Of a stretch of DNA of 64,000 nt, positions 52,076 through 61,835 are shown piece by piece. The stretch is from Bacteroidales bacterium. GTDB taxonomy: Bacteria; Bacteroidota; Bacteroidia; Bacteroidales; ML635J-15. The number at the start of each line of letters is the position of its first letter. Position 1 is the first letter of the stretch. The position numbers and the translations under genes were made by a program. Below the pieces are notes generated by a model that searched no databases, was not told the origin of the DNA, and saw only the letters and a list, made by a program, of their open reading frames with translations. The stretch spans positions 92,683 to 156,682 of the forward strand of contig JAISPG010000042.1 of assembly GCA_031275085.1 (NCBI GenBank), read 5' to 3'.

Positions 52076-52819
52076 ATGAAATTTATAAAGCATATTTTAT
52101 ATAAAATTTTTGGGTTGGAATCTTATCTTAAGATTGTCAGTAGAGCTTATATAAGTTATATGAGATTTGGTTTTGGTAAGAAAAAGTATCCCGAATTACA
52201 TTATCTGAAAGATATTATAAAAGAAGGAGATATATGTATTGATATAGGAGCAAATATGGGATATTATTCTTTTTTTATGTCCGAATATTGCGGATCCAAC
52301 GGTAGAGTTTATGCAGTAGAACCTGTTCCGCTTTTTGTTGAGATATGGAAAAAAAATGTTAGCAGGACAAATATTAATAATGCCACAATGTTTCAGTATG
52401 CCCTGGGAAGTGAAGACAAAAATGTTAGGATGGGAATGCCTGTTATAGACGGAGTTGTTCATCACGGAATGACAAAAGTAGTTTCTGATGAAGATATTTT
52501 TTATGAGAAATTTTTCAATGCACAAATGGTAGTTCCGGACGAGCTTTTCAAAGATATTGAAAAAGTTGATTTTATAAAAGTAGATATTGAAGGATATGAG
52601 CATGTTGTATTTGATAATATGAGGAAAACATTGTCGAAACATAAGCCATTAATTCAATGTGAACTTAGCGGAAATGAAAACAGGAAACAAGTAATTAAAA
52701 TTCTGCAGGAATTGGGTTATAAACCATATATACATGAAGACAGACAACTTATTAATATTAGCGAAGAAGAAATAGAAACTTATGAAGGAGATTTTTATTT
52801 TAAAACAGAAAATAACTAA
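52076..52819 (+). CDS. FkbM-family SAM-dependent methyltransferase
   Basis: The motif CIDIGANMGYYS...YAVEP is present (Methyltransf_21 type). Confidence 0.75.
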   Translation: MKFIKHILYKIFGLESYLKIVSRAYISYMRFGFGKKKYPELHYLKDIIKEGDICIDIGANMGYYSFFMSEYCGSNGRVYAVEPVPLFVEIWKKNVSRTNINNATMFQYALGSEDKNVRMGMPVIDGVVHHGMTKVVSDEDIFYEKFFNAQMVVPDELFKDIEKVDFIKVDIEGYEHVVFDNMRKTLSKHKPLIQCELSGNENRKQVIKILQELGYKPYIHEDRQLINISEEEIETYEGDFYFKTENN

Positions 52820-52829
52820 TTAATGAATT

Positions 52830-54260
52830 ATGATTAAACAAATTCTATATTTATTGGTTTTTTTTCTGTCTTTTTCCATTCAAGATGTAAATGCCCATAA
52901 ATTTGCGAAATACAATATAGTTATTGATACGGATTGTGGTATAGATGATTTCAGGGCAATGACATATTTTATGGCTTCGCGTGATTACAATATAAATGCA
53001 GTTACTACAGTCGATGGAATTCTGGACCCTGATATGGCATCTGCATATATCCACGAAATTTTGAAGATTTATCATCATGAAGGAATTCCTTTAGGAAAAG
53101 GTAATAAAAATAATGCTTCAAAAAAGTATACGGAACATGCCCGGGCTTATTGGAAAAATTTTATTCCTGAAATAATTGTTCCACAATTAATGTCTTCTGT
53201 GGAATTATTATATAAGGCAATTGAAAATGAAAGAAAACGTACCATAGTTGTTGCTATGGGACCTTTAACGAATATTGCAGAGTTAATAGGGAAGCATCCG
53301 GAAATAATGCCTAAAATAGAAATTATTTTATGGTATTCCGAATTTGATGAAAAACCGTTTGGTTATAATTACGAACAAAATACTAAAGCATATGAGATCA
53401 TTCGTGAGAATAATGTTCCTTTGAAAATAATTTCAGGTCAGGATATGAAATTAACAGATGATTTCTTTGAATCATGTAAAGAAATAAAATCTGTTTATGC
53501 AAAAACAGTATTAAAATTCTTTGAAAAAAATAAGGATAAAACATATTATATGTGGGATGATTTTCTTGCATTGTATTTGAGTTATCCGGTAATGTTCCGT
53601 GAAAAACATATTGAGGAATATCTGGTAAAGATTGATCCGGTTCCGGAAAGTTTCTATGATATACTGATAACCGGAATATTAAATTCGGAAAAACCCGATG
53701 AGGGAGTTGTATTCAATGAAATTCCTACATCTGGTTTTATGTTGAGAAAAGATGTTAATGAATTTGCACAACAAATAATTGAATACCATGGTTATGTAGA
53801 GTTCAAGATTGCTTCACTGACATCTGAGATTCATTCTCATATGGGTATATATTCAATATTGGGAGCAAAAATGGGGTTAAGGATAATGGAATATTTACAT
53901 GCAGGTCTTGACGAAATAAACATAATAAGTTATGCCGGATATGATCCCCCGGTAAGTTGTTTTAATGATGGATTACAGGTTGGTACCGGATCAACAATAG
54001 GCTATGGAACAATAAAAGTTGATACTACACAGGGTATAAGACCGGAAACTGTTGTAATTTATAATAACCGTGAAATTTTATTCAGAATAAAACAGGATGT
54101 TATCGAAGAGATAAAGCAGGATGTCGGAACTTTGATAAAAGCCCACGGACTTGAAAGTGATATGTACTGGTCTAAACTAAGAGAAATTTCCATAGAAAAA
54201 TACTGGCTTGGAATGAGCCGTTTTGATATTTTTGAGATTGAAGAAATAAAAGGATATTAA
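52830..54260 (+). CDS. Secreted two-domain protein: N-terminal nucleoside-hydrolase-like domain fused to a C-terminal FmdE/FwdE-like domain
   Basis: It has a signal peptide. The block DTDCGIDD matches the IU-nucleoside hydrolase DTDPGxDD Ca-binding motif. The C-terminal HSHMGIYSILGAKMG resembles the FwdE-family HGHxGP...G motif. The domain calls are inferred. Confidence 0.45.
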   Translation: MIKQILYLLVFFLSFSIQDVNAHKFAKYNIVIDTDCGIDDFRAMTYFMASRDYNINAVTTVDGILDPDMASAYIHEILKIYHHEGIPLGKGNKNNASKKYTEHARAYWKNFIPEIIVPQLMSSVELLYKAIENERKRTIVVAMGPLTNIAELIGKHPEIMPKIEIILWYSEFDEKPFGYNYEQNTKAYEIIRENNVPLKIISGQDMKLTDDFFESCKEIKSVYAKTVLKFFEKNKDKTYYMWDDFLALYLSYPVMFREKHIEEYLVKIDPVPESFYDILITGILNSEKPDEGVVFNEIPTSGFMLRKDVNEFAQQIIEYHGYVEFKIASLTSEIHSHMGIYSILGAKMGLRIMEYLHAGLDEINIISYAGYDPPVSCFNDGLQVGTGSTIGYGTIKVDTTQGIRPETVVIYNNREILFRIKQDVIEEIKQDVGTLIKAHGLESDMYWSKLREISIEKYWLGMSRFDIFEIEEIKGY

Positions 54261-54527
54261 TTATTTACACCTGGATAAAATTCATATCGGTTATATTAAA
54301 ATAGGATCAGATATATAATAAAATACATTAAGCCAAAATAAAAACATTTTTATAAAAAACATTGGAACAAACTTATCTGTTGTTGTAGTTTTATAATACT
54401 TTGATCCTTCCTGAATTAAAATATTCTTTAAATATTTATTATTTTTTATCACCGAAACTTTTTATATGATATTTTGTTTCCTTAGTAAATTCAACTTATT
54501 ATAAACAATTAATAAAAATAATCAATT

Positions 54528-55235
54528 ATGAATAGAAATAAATATTTAATGTTTTTACTGGTTTTACTTACAGTTTTTAATGCTTGTGATGAAGGTGGAA
54601 ATCATACAGAACCTGTTATAAAATGGAATAACGGACATCATTCGGAATCGCTTAATTTTAGAAATTCAGAAGAAGTGGAATTTAGTTTAAGTATGACATT
54701 TGATGCCGATGCAGGGATAAAAAATATCAGAATTTCCGAAATAACATATAATGGCGATAATAATGTTATTAAAATAAAAGAATTATCAGAACCGGATGGA
54801 TACTCGGGAAAAGACTTTTTTGAATATACTTTCAGTAAAGTATATAAAAAATCAGACTTTACAAATAATAATTCAAGAATAGACTTAAAATTTGAAATCT
54901 CGGATAATGACGGACAATATGCGTATGCAATTTATTCTTTATCAAAATTGCCGGATGAAGAGGGAGAAGTAACAACTTATTCCGTATATTTTAATATTAA
55001 GGATGGAAGTGGTTTCGACGTGACAAATGCAATCGTTACATTTAACGAAAGTGTTAATGTTGAAAATGATTATTTATTTTACAATATTTTACCCGGTACA
55101 TACAGATATGTGATAAGCAAGGCAGAATATAGTGCTGCTACGGGTTTGGTAACTGTTGTAGATCACGATGTGTCTGTTGATATTGTTTTGGAATATGTAG
55201 GGCAAGAGGTAAAAAATGTAGATATTTACAAATAA
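54528..55235 (+). CDS. Lipoprotein with C-terminal carboxypeptidase-regulatory-like (CarbopepD_reg) beta-sandwich domain
   Basis: A signal peptide with lipobox LTVFNAC is present. The C-terminal NAIVTFNE...LPGTYRYVISKAEYSAATGLVTV fits the family pattern. Confidence 0.45.
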   Translation: MNRNKYLMFLLVLLTVFNACDEGGNHTEPVIKWNNGHHSESLNFRNSEEVEFSLSMTFDADAGIKNIRISEITYNGDNNVIKIKELSEPDGYSGKDFFEYTFSKVYKKSDFTNNNSRIDLKFEISDNDGQYAYAIYSLSKLPDEEGEVTTYSVYFNIKDGSGFDVTNAIVTFNESVNVENDYLFYNILPGTYRYVISKAEYSAATGLVTVVDHDVSVDIVLEYVGQEVKNVDIYK

Positions 55236-55387
55236 AATATTGCAGGAAGTAGTATTTAATAAAAAGAATAAATCCAAAAATGAGTGCATTTTATATCGAA
55301 AATGCACTCATTTTTGATATAAATAAATACTCAAACAATCTAAATATATTTTTTGTTATAGATTATGTAAACAATAAAAAAACAATT

Positions 55388-55663
55388 ATGAAATCGGATA
55401 ATAAAACTGAACATCCTTATAAGCTTAGTACTGCGGAAAGAAAAAAATTAAAAGATTCAGATTTTGGTATTCCTGAAAGCAGGGAGTTTCCTATGCCTGA
55501 TGCTGTTCATGTGCATGCTGCAGAAGCTTATTTTCGTTATGCACCGGAAGAAAAGAAACCGTTACTTGCACATAGAATATTGATGAAAGCAAAAGAATTC
55601 GGCGTTGACATTGAAAGCCCCACAATAATAGAATGGGCAAAAAAGTATGACACGGGACAATGA
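55388..55663 (+). CDS. Small hypothetical protein (start chosen at internal ATG; the track ORF begins at 55280)
   Basis: There is an ORF only. Confidence 0.3.
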   Translation: MKSDNKTEHPYKLSTAERKKLKDSDFGIPESREFPMPDAVHVHAAEAYFRYAPEEKKPLLAHRILMKAKEFGVDIESPTIIEWAKKYDTGQ

Positions 55664-55741
55664 TTTTTTAAGTCATAGATTTTATATGGTCAAAATTGTT
55701 TTTTTTTAATATGTGAAAATCAATCCATAAAATTTAAAAAT

Positions 55742-55784
55742 AAAACCAGCTAATTTATTGTTAATTAGCTGGTTTTATTTTTAG
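55742..55784. terminator. Bidirectional terminator between convergent genes
   Basis: A 14-bp perfect stem aaaaccagctaatt / aattagctggtttt with a 7-nt loop has an A-run upstream and a T-run downstream. Confidence 0.65.
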
Positions 55785-55815
55785 ACTTTACAGGTATATC
55801 CTGAAAGTTTTTATT

Positions 55816-56886
55816 TTACATGTTTTGAGCTTCAAATTCTTTCATGGTTTTTACCAGAACTTCGACATCTTCCATAGTACAGGCATTGTATGTTGAAGCA
55901 CGGAAACCGCCAACCGAACGATGACCTTTTAATCCTACACAGTTTTTAGAAGATGCATATTTTATAAAATCTTCTTCCAGATGTTTATATTTGTCTTCCA
56001 TAACAAATATTAGGTTCATTCTTGATCTGTCTTCTTTTACTACAGGACATCTGAACATTTTACTTTCATCTATTGTAGAATACAATAAATTTGCTCTTTT
56101 GTCTGCAAGTTCGTTCATTACCTTTAATCCACCCATTTCTTTAACCCATGCAAGAGTTTCTCTTACAGCGAAAATGTTTATACATGGAGGAGTGTTATAC
56201 ATTGATCCGCCGTCAATGTGAGTCTGATATTTTAACATTGTAGGAATAGGACGGTCAACAACTTTTTCCAACATATCGTTTCTGATGATTACAAAAGTAA
56301 CACCGGCAGGTCCCATATTTTTCTGGGCACCGCCATATATCATAGCATATTTTGAAACATCAACCGGACGGCTGAGAATATCGGAAGACATATCTGCGAT
56401 TAGTGGAGCCTTGAAAGTCCAGTCTTCAAAAATTTCTGTTCCGCGGATCGTATTGTTTGTTGTTATGTGCACATAATCAACATCATCAGGAACAGTAAAG
56501 CCTTTTGGTATATATGTGAAGTCTTTATCTTTTGAAGATACTTCAACAACTTCTCCCCATAATTTTGCTTCTTTTATTGCACTTGTAGACCATGTTCCCG
56601 TATCTAAATAAAACGCTTTCTTTTTCATGAAATTGTATGGTATCATACAAAATTGCAAACTTGCACCACCTCCAAGAAATAAAACCGAATAATTGTCGGG
56701 AATATTCAGAACTTCCTTCATCAGAGCCACAGCGTCGTCTATTACAGCCTGGAAATCTTTGCCTCTGTGAGAAACTTCCATAATTGACTGACCGGAATTA
56801 TTGAATTCAAGAACCGCTTTTGATGTATTTTCTAATGTCCTGTCAGATAACTTACACGGACCAGCATTAAAAATGTGCTTTCTCAT
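55816..56886 (-). CDS. serC: Phosphoserine aminotransferase
   Basis: The N-terminus HIFNAGPC... is typical, and the PLP-lysine context is present in a ~356-aa class-V aminotransferase. Confidence 0.9.
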   Translation of the reverse strand: MRKHIFNAGPCKLSDRTLENTSKAVLEFNNSGQSIMEVSHRGKDFQAVIDDAVALMKEVLNIPDNYSVLFLGGGASLQFCMIPYNFMKKKAFYLDTGTWSTSAIKEAKLWGEVVEVSSKDKDFTYIPKGFTVPDDVDYVHITTNNTIRGTEIFEDWTFKAPLIADMSSDILSRPVDVSKYAMIYGGAQKNMGPAGVTFVIIRNDMLEKVVDRPIPTMLKYQTHIDGGSMYNTPPCINIFAVRETLAWVKEMGGLKVMNELADKRANLLYSTIDESKMFRCPVVKEDRSRMNLIFVMEDKYKHLEEDFIKYASSKNCVGLKGHRSVGGFRASTYNACTMEDVEVLVKTMKEFEAQNM

Positions 56887-56928
56887 AATTTTTTTATTTT
56901 ATATTAAAAACATTGTTAATAATTGAAG

Positions 56929-56936
56929 CAAATGTA
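56929..56936 (-). promoter_or_regulatory. -7 box (TACATTTG on the minus strand) ~40 nt upstream of serC
   Basis: It matches the Bacteroidetes sigma-A -7 consensus TAnnTTTG. Confidence 0.3.
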
Positions 56937-57198
56937 ATAAACAAATTTTGATTTGTTATAAATTCTTTAATGATTTATAACATAATTTTTTTATAGTGTA
57001 AGTTTTTGTTAATTAGTGTTTTGAGGAATAAATTAATTATACTGTTTTAGAACATTTGGCTTTTTATATTGTTCAATATGTAATTAAATGGAAGGTTACT
57101 GTTCGGTAAAATTAATAAAGATGAGATTAATATAATATATCATTATTAAATAATAGTTAAAAAATAGTATATTTTTATTAAAAAGCCTAAAATATATT

Positions 57199-57206
57199 TA
57201 AATTTG
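57199..57206 (+). promoter_or_regulatory. -7 box TAAATTTG 19 nt upstream of the TonB-dependent receptor gene
   Basis: It matches the Bacteroidetes sigma-A -7 consensus TAnnTTTG. Confidence 0.35.
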
Positions 57207-57224
57207 TAAAAAAATATTCAGATA

Positions 57225-59744
57225 ATGAAAAGATATTTATTGCTGGTTGTAGCATTTTTTATTTTGCAAAATATTATATCTCAGGAAGTTGATTCTGTTA
57301 GTACACCTGCGGTACAGATACCTGTGATAACTCTTACTGAAAGTGAATTAGATGGAGATATTCAGGATTATGACGTTTCTGGATTATTGCAATCGTCAGA
57401 GGATGTTTTTGTTAGAAATGCAGGATATAATTTCGGACAGGCAAGATACCGTATTCGAGGCTATGATAATCAAAATATGTTTGTTTTAATTAATGGCATA
57501 AAAGTTAATGATGCCGAAAACGGACGTCCGTATTACAGTAATTGGGGAGGTTTGAATGATGCAACAAGGAACGAAGTTGTTACGTCAGGTTTGAGTTTTT
57601 CCGATTATTCGTTTGGAGGGCTGGGAGGTGTTACTAATATAATTACCAGGGCTTCTGAATACAGGAAAGGTACAAGTATTTCATATTCGCTTGCAAATAA
57701 AAATTACAGGAATAGGGCTATGGCTACATATTCAACAGGAATGATGGATAATGGGTGGGCTTTTACGGTATCAGCTTCGGCTCGCTGGGCTAAAGAGGGA
57801 TATGTTAAAGGTACTTTTTATGAAGGTTTAGCTTATTTTGGTGCTGCCGAAAAAAAACTAAATGATCATCATAGTCTTGCTCTTACTGCATTTGGTTCTT
57901 ATTCAAAAAGTGGCAGAGCAGGGGTCGCTACTTTGGAAGCTTATGAATTATCAGGCGACAATTATTATAATCCGAACTGGGGATATCAGAATGGAGAAGT
58001 TCGTAATGCCAGGGTAGGAACTTATCATCAACCGAGATTTTTATTGAGCCATTATTGGCAGATAGATAATACAATGAAATTAACAACTTCAGCTTCATAT
58101 GTTTTCGGCAGAGGCGGAACAACCGCTTTGAACTGGTATGATGCTGCAGATCCGAGACCTGACTATTACAGATATTTTCCAAGTTATTATGACGAAGGCG
58201 ATTATATGTACACGTATCTTACGGAAATGTGGAAAAATAATGAATCATATCGTCAGCTTGATTGGGATAGTTTTTATTATGCTAATAGAAAGAATCTTTA
58301 CACAATTAAAAACGAAAGTGGTATTGAAGGAAATAACCTTACAGGAAACAGGGCAAAATATATAATTGAAGAAAGACGTAATGACCTTTCGAGGATAGAC
58401 ATTTCATCGGTATTTACCAAAGATTTATCTGATAATGCAAAGTTAGTAGCCGGGATAAACTATATGTCCCATAAAACACATTATTATAAAGTTATTTCCG
58501 ACTTACTGGGAGCAGATTGGTGGTTGGATATAGATCAGTTTGCAGAAAGAGATTTCAGTGACGATTTTATTATTCAGAATGATATAGATAATCCTAACAG
58601 GGCAGTTAAGGAAGGTGATATATTTGGATATGATTATGTTGCAAATGTTAATAGTGGCGATGCTTTTGTACAGGGCGAAGCAAAATTTTCGAAAATTGAT
58701 TTGTTCGGGGGAATAAATCTTTCTTATACGGAGTTCTGGAGAAAGGGAAATATGCGTAATGGAAAGTTCCCTGAAACGTCAGGCGGTAACTCTTCTAAGC
58801 AACGCTTTTTTGACTATGCGCTCAAAGCTGGTGTAAATTATAAAATAACAGGACGTCATTTTATTCTTTTAAATGGAATATATTCTACACGTGCACCTTA
58901 TTTTAGTGATGCATATGTTTCTCCCAGAACAAGAGATGCTTTAATAAGTGATGTGACAGGAAAAGATCTTGTAAGTGAGAAGATTTTTTCGGGAGATCTG
59001 AGTTATTATTACAGATCACCAATATTACAGGTAAAAATAACCGGATATTGGACAGAATTTAGGGATGGGATACAAAGTAGTAATTTTTACCATGATGAGT
59101 TAAAGACATTTGTAAATTATATAATGACGGATGTTGATCAGGTTCATTATGGGGGAGAATTCGGAATGGAAGTGAAGATGGGACCTGCATTTGTCCTTAC
59201 CGGTGCAGCCGGGTATGGAAAATATTTATATAATAATCGCCCAAATGTAACTATTGCACAGGACAACAGTTCGGAAATCCTGGTTAAGGACAGGACTGTT
59301 TATATCAAAAATTACCATATCGGAGGTATGCCTGAGCTTGCAGCTACTTTAGGATTAAAATATAATGCACCAAAATACTGGTTTATAGGTATAAATGTTA
59401 ATTATTTTGATCAGATTTATGTAACTCTTAATCCTGAACGCCGTACTGAAGAAATGGTAGCAGATTTTTATGAAACGGATCCGCAAATAGATGAAATATT
59501 AGGACAGGAAAAACTTGATCCGGGATTTACTATTGACTTATTCGGTGGAAAATCATGGAGGCTTAGCGGAGGATATACTTTAGGATTTACATTAAGCATA
59601 AACAATATATTAAATAATAAAGATTTTATTACCAACGGATTTGAACAATACAGGTTTGACCGTACTGATATAAATAAATTTCCAAGCAAATATTATTATA
59701 TGTACGGAACATCATATTTTCTGAATTTATATTTTAGATTTTAA
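57225..59744 (+). CDS. TonB-dependent outer-membrane receptor (plug + 22-strand barrel)
   Basis: A signal peptide is followed by a plug domain (VRNAGYNFGQARYRIRGYDNQNMFVLINGIKVND). The protein is beta-rich over 839 aa and ends in a C-terminal aromatic (YFRF). Confidence 0.85.
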   Translation: MKRYLLLVVAFFILQNIISQEVDSVSTPAVQIPVITLTESELDGDIQDYDVSGLLQSSEDVFVRNAGYNFGQARYRIRGYDNQNMFVLINGIKVNDAENGRPYYSNWGGLNDATRNEVVTSGLSFSDYSFGGLGGVTNIITRASEYRKGTSISYSLANKNYRNRAMATYSTGMMDNGWAFTVSASARWAKEGYVKGTFYEGLAYFGAAEKKLNDHHSLALTAFGSYSKSGRAGVATLEAYELSGDNYYNPNWGYQNGEVRNARVGTYHQPRFLLSHYWQIDNTMKLTTSASYVFGRGGTTALNWYDAADPRPDYYRYFPSYYDEGDYMYTYLTEMWKNNESYRQLDWDSFYYANRKNLYTIKNESGIEGNNLTGNRAKYIIEERRNDLSRIDISSVFTKDLSDNAKLVAGINYMSHKTHYYKVISDLLGADWWLDIDQFAERDFSDDFIIQNDIDNPNRAVKEGDIFGYDYVANVNSGDAFVQGEAKFSKIDLFGGINLSYTEFWRKGNMRNGKFPETSGGNSSKQRFFDYALKAGVNYKITGRHFILLNGIYSTRAPYFSDAYVSPRTRDALISDVTGKDLVSEKIFSGDLSYYYRSPILQVKITGYWTEFRDGIQSSNFYHDELKTFVNYIMTDVDQVHYGGEFGMEVKMGPAFVLTGAAGYGKYLYNNRPNVTIAQDNSSEILVKDRTVYIKNYHIGGMPELAATLGLKYNAPKYWFIGINVNYFDQIYVTLNPERRTEEMVADFYETDPQIDEILGQEKLDPGFTIDLFGGKSWRLSGGYTLGFTLSINNILNNKDFITNGFEQYRFDRTDINKFPSKYYYMYGTSYFLNLYFRF

Positions 59745-59760
59745 TAAACATTTAAGTAAA

Positions 59761-60540
59761 GTGAAAATGAAAATAAATATTTTAATATCGATTATAGTAT
59801 CAGTTTTGTCCATATTATTTATCGGATGTGAAAGGGAATTGGACTCTCCGCCATTGGGAAAGGTTGATGAGAGCAAGATATTAAAAATAGAGGATGTATA
59901 TAAGATATATGCTGATAGTGGAAACAATTATATGTTTAAAGATGACTATATGCTTTATGTAACTGTAATAATGGATGATGCATCAGGTAATATTTACAGG
60001 GAAGCATATGTTCAGGACGAAACAGGAGGAATAAATTTGTATAGACTTGGAGCAGCCGGTGTTACAGAATTAAATTCTTATGTAAGGATAAATTTGAAAA
60101 ATGTGACTATAACCGATTATAGCGGAAAATTGGAATTGGTTTTTGACAATGTTGAAAATCCTAAAAGACAAATAGTAATATTAAAATCCAATGTTCCCGT
60201 GACACCTGCTGAAGTTAGCCTTTCTGAGATTTTTGCAGGAACTTATGATTGTGTTCTTGTAAATATAAAAGATGTAGAGTTTGCGGATACTACACAGACT
60301 TACGCTACTTTTGGCGGAAGTTCTTATCAAAACCGTACAATACAAAATTGTGAAGGACGGTCAATAATAGTAAGATCCAGCGATCAGGCTGATTTCGCCG
60401 GTTATCCTGTTGCAAAAGGAAAAGGTAACATTGTTGGAGTTATTACAAAACATGTAAGAAATGGTACAACATGGCAACTTTTGATAAGGAATGTTGATGA
60501 TGTGAATATGGAAGAAGATCGTTGTACATCCGGTAAATAA
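59761..60540 (+). CDS. Lipoprotein, paralog A of a pair downstream of the TonB-dependent receptor
   Basis: A lipobox LFIGC is present. The block YxxxYxxxxxxYxFKDDxxxYxxVxMDDxSGNIYxxAYxQDxTxGINL is shared with the next gene. Confidence 0.5.
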   Translation: MKMKINILISIIVSVLSILFIGCERELDSPPLGKVDESKILKIEDVYKIYADSGNNYMFKDDYMLYVTVIMDDASGNIYREAYVQDETGGINLYRLGAAGVTELNSYVRINLKNVTITDYSGKLELVFDNVENPKRQIVILKSNVPVTPAEVSLSEIFAGTYDCVLVNIKDVEFADTTQTYATFGGSSYQNRTIQNCEGRSIIVRSSDQADFAGYPVAKGKGNIVGVITKHVRNGTTWQLLIRNVDDVNMEEDRCTSGK

Positions 60541-60566
60541 AAGTTAAACAGTTAAAAATATATATC

Positions 60567-61808
60567 GTGGAAAAAATAACATATAAAATTATAATAATTA
60601 CAATAGTATTATCAGCATTACTATTCAGCGGATGTATTCATAATAACTTTGATGAACCACCGGAAAAAGAATTTCCTGCAGGAATGGTTATGACCATACA
60701 GGATATTGAACAAATATATTATGACAGCGTTGCGCCGACAATGCGCCCATATAAATTTAAAGATGATTTTTCTGTGTATGCGGTTGTTACTATGGATGAT
60801 AAATCGGGAAATATCTATAAAAATGCTTATATACAAGACGCTACAAAAGGGATTAATCTTAGGCTGTTATCTTCCGGAGGAATATACGAAGGTGATTCTA
60901 TATTATTGAATTTAAGAGATCTTGTTTTGAGCGATTATAATGGGATGCTGCAATTAGATTCGGTACATGTTGATAATAATATATTAAAATTAAAAACAGG
61001 TGTTTATGTTGTACCCGAAAAAGTTAGGATAGGACAGATTACCGACTGGCATGTCAGCAGATTAATAGAGGTTGAGGATGTTCAGTTTATAAATTCGGAT
61101 GTTGGTAATATTTATGCTAATCCTGATGTTTCAGAGAACAGAACTTTGGAAAACTGTAATGGAAACACTCTGATAGTACGTAATAGCGGGTATTCAAATT
61201 TTGCATCAGAAATAATTCCCAGATATAGAGGTTCTATAGTTGGCGTGTTGGGAAAATATGGAACAGATTATCAACTTTATATTCGTTCAATAGATGAGGT
61301 AAAACTTGTAAAACCTCGTTGTGGGGAGGTAGATACTATATTCTCCGAAACATTTGATGAAACTGTCAGAGATGTACCAATTGATTTTACCGGATGGAAA
61401 AATATTGGTGAAACAGGGACAATTAAGTGGGTTGGAACTGTATTAAGCGGGAATAATCCTGCTGCTCAGATAAAAAATGACGAAAATGAAAATACCAGCT
61501 GGTTGATATTACCAAAACAAACAATATCTGAGAATGTTGCCATGAAATTTGTTACTCTTGCCTATAATGTTGCCGGAGCCCAGCTTCAGGTTCTTATTTC
61601 TGCAGATTATAACGGAGGAGATTCTCCACAAGATGCAAACTGGACGGTACTTCCTGCAACTATAGCAACTTCTCTGGAGTCAAGAGTAGATTCAGGAGAA
61701 ATAGATTTGCCTCAGGGTGAAATTTACATTGCTTTTAAATTTTCAGCAGCAACATCCAGCAGAGCTCAATACTTCCTTGATGATATTATAATATATCTTA
61801 AAGATTAA
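60567..61808 (+). CDS. Lipoprotein, paralog B with C-terminal choice-of-anchor-J-like domain
   Basis: A lipobox LFSGC is present. The N-terminal half is homologous to the previous gene. The C-terminus ends ...IAFKFSAATSSRAQYFLDDIIIY. Confidence 0.5.
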   Translation: MEKITYKIIIITIVLSALLFSGCIHNNFDEPPEKEFPAGMVMTIQDIEQIYYDSVAPTMRPYKFKDDFSVYAVVTMDDKSGNIYKNAYIQDATKGINLRLLSSGGIYEGDSILLNLRDLVLSDYNGMLQLDSVHVDNNILKLKTGVYVVPEKVRIGQITDWHVSRLIEVEDVQFINSDVGNIYANPDVSENRTLENCNGNTLIVRNSGYSNFASEIIPRYRGSIVGVLGKYGTDYQLYIRSIDEVKLVKPRCGEVDTIFSETFDETVRDVPIDFTGWKNIGETGTIKWVGTVLSGNNPAAQIKNDENENTSWLILPKQTISENVAMKFVTLAYNVAGAQLQVLISADYNGGDSPQDANWTVLPATIATSLESRVDSGEIDLPQGEIYIAFKFSAATSSRAQYFLDDIIIYLKD

Positions 61809-61835
61809 AATTATTTGTTTATTTGGTTTTTTCTA

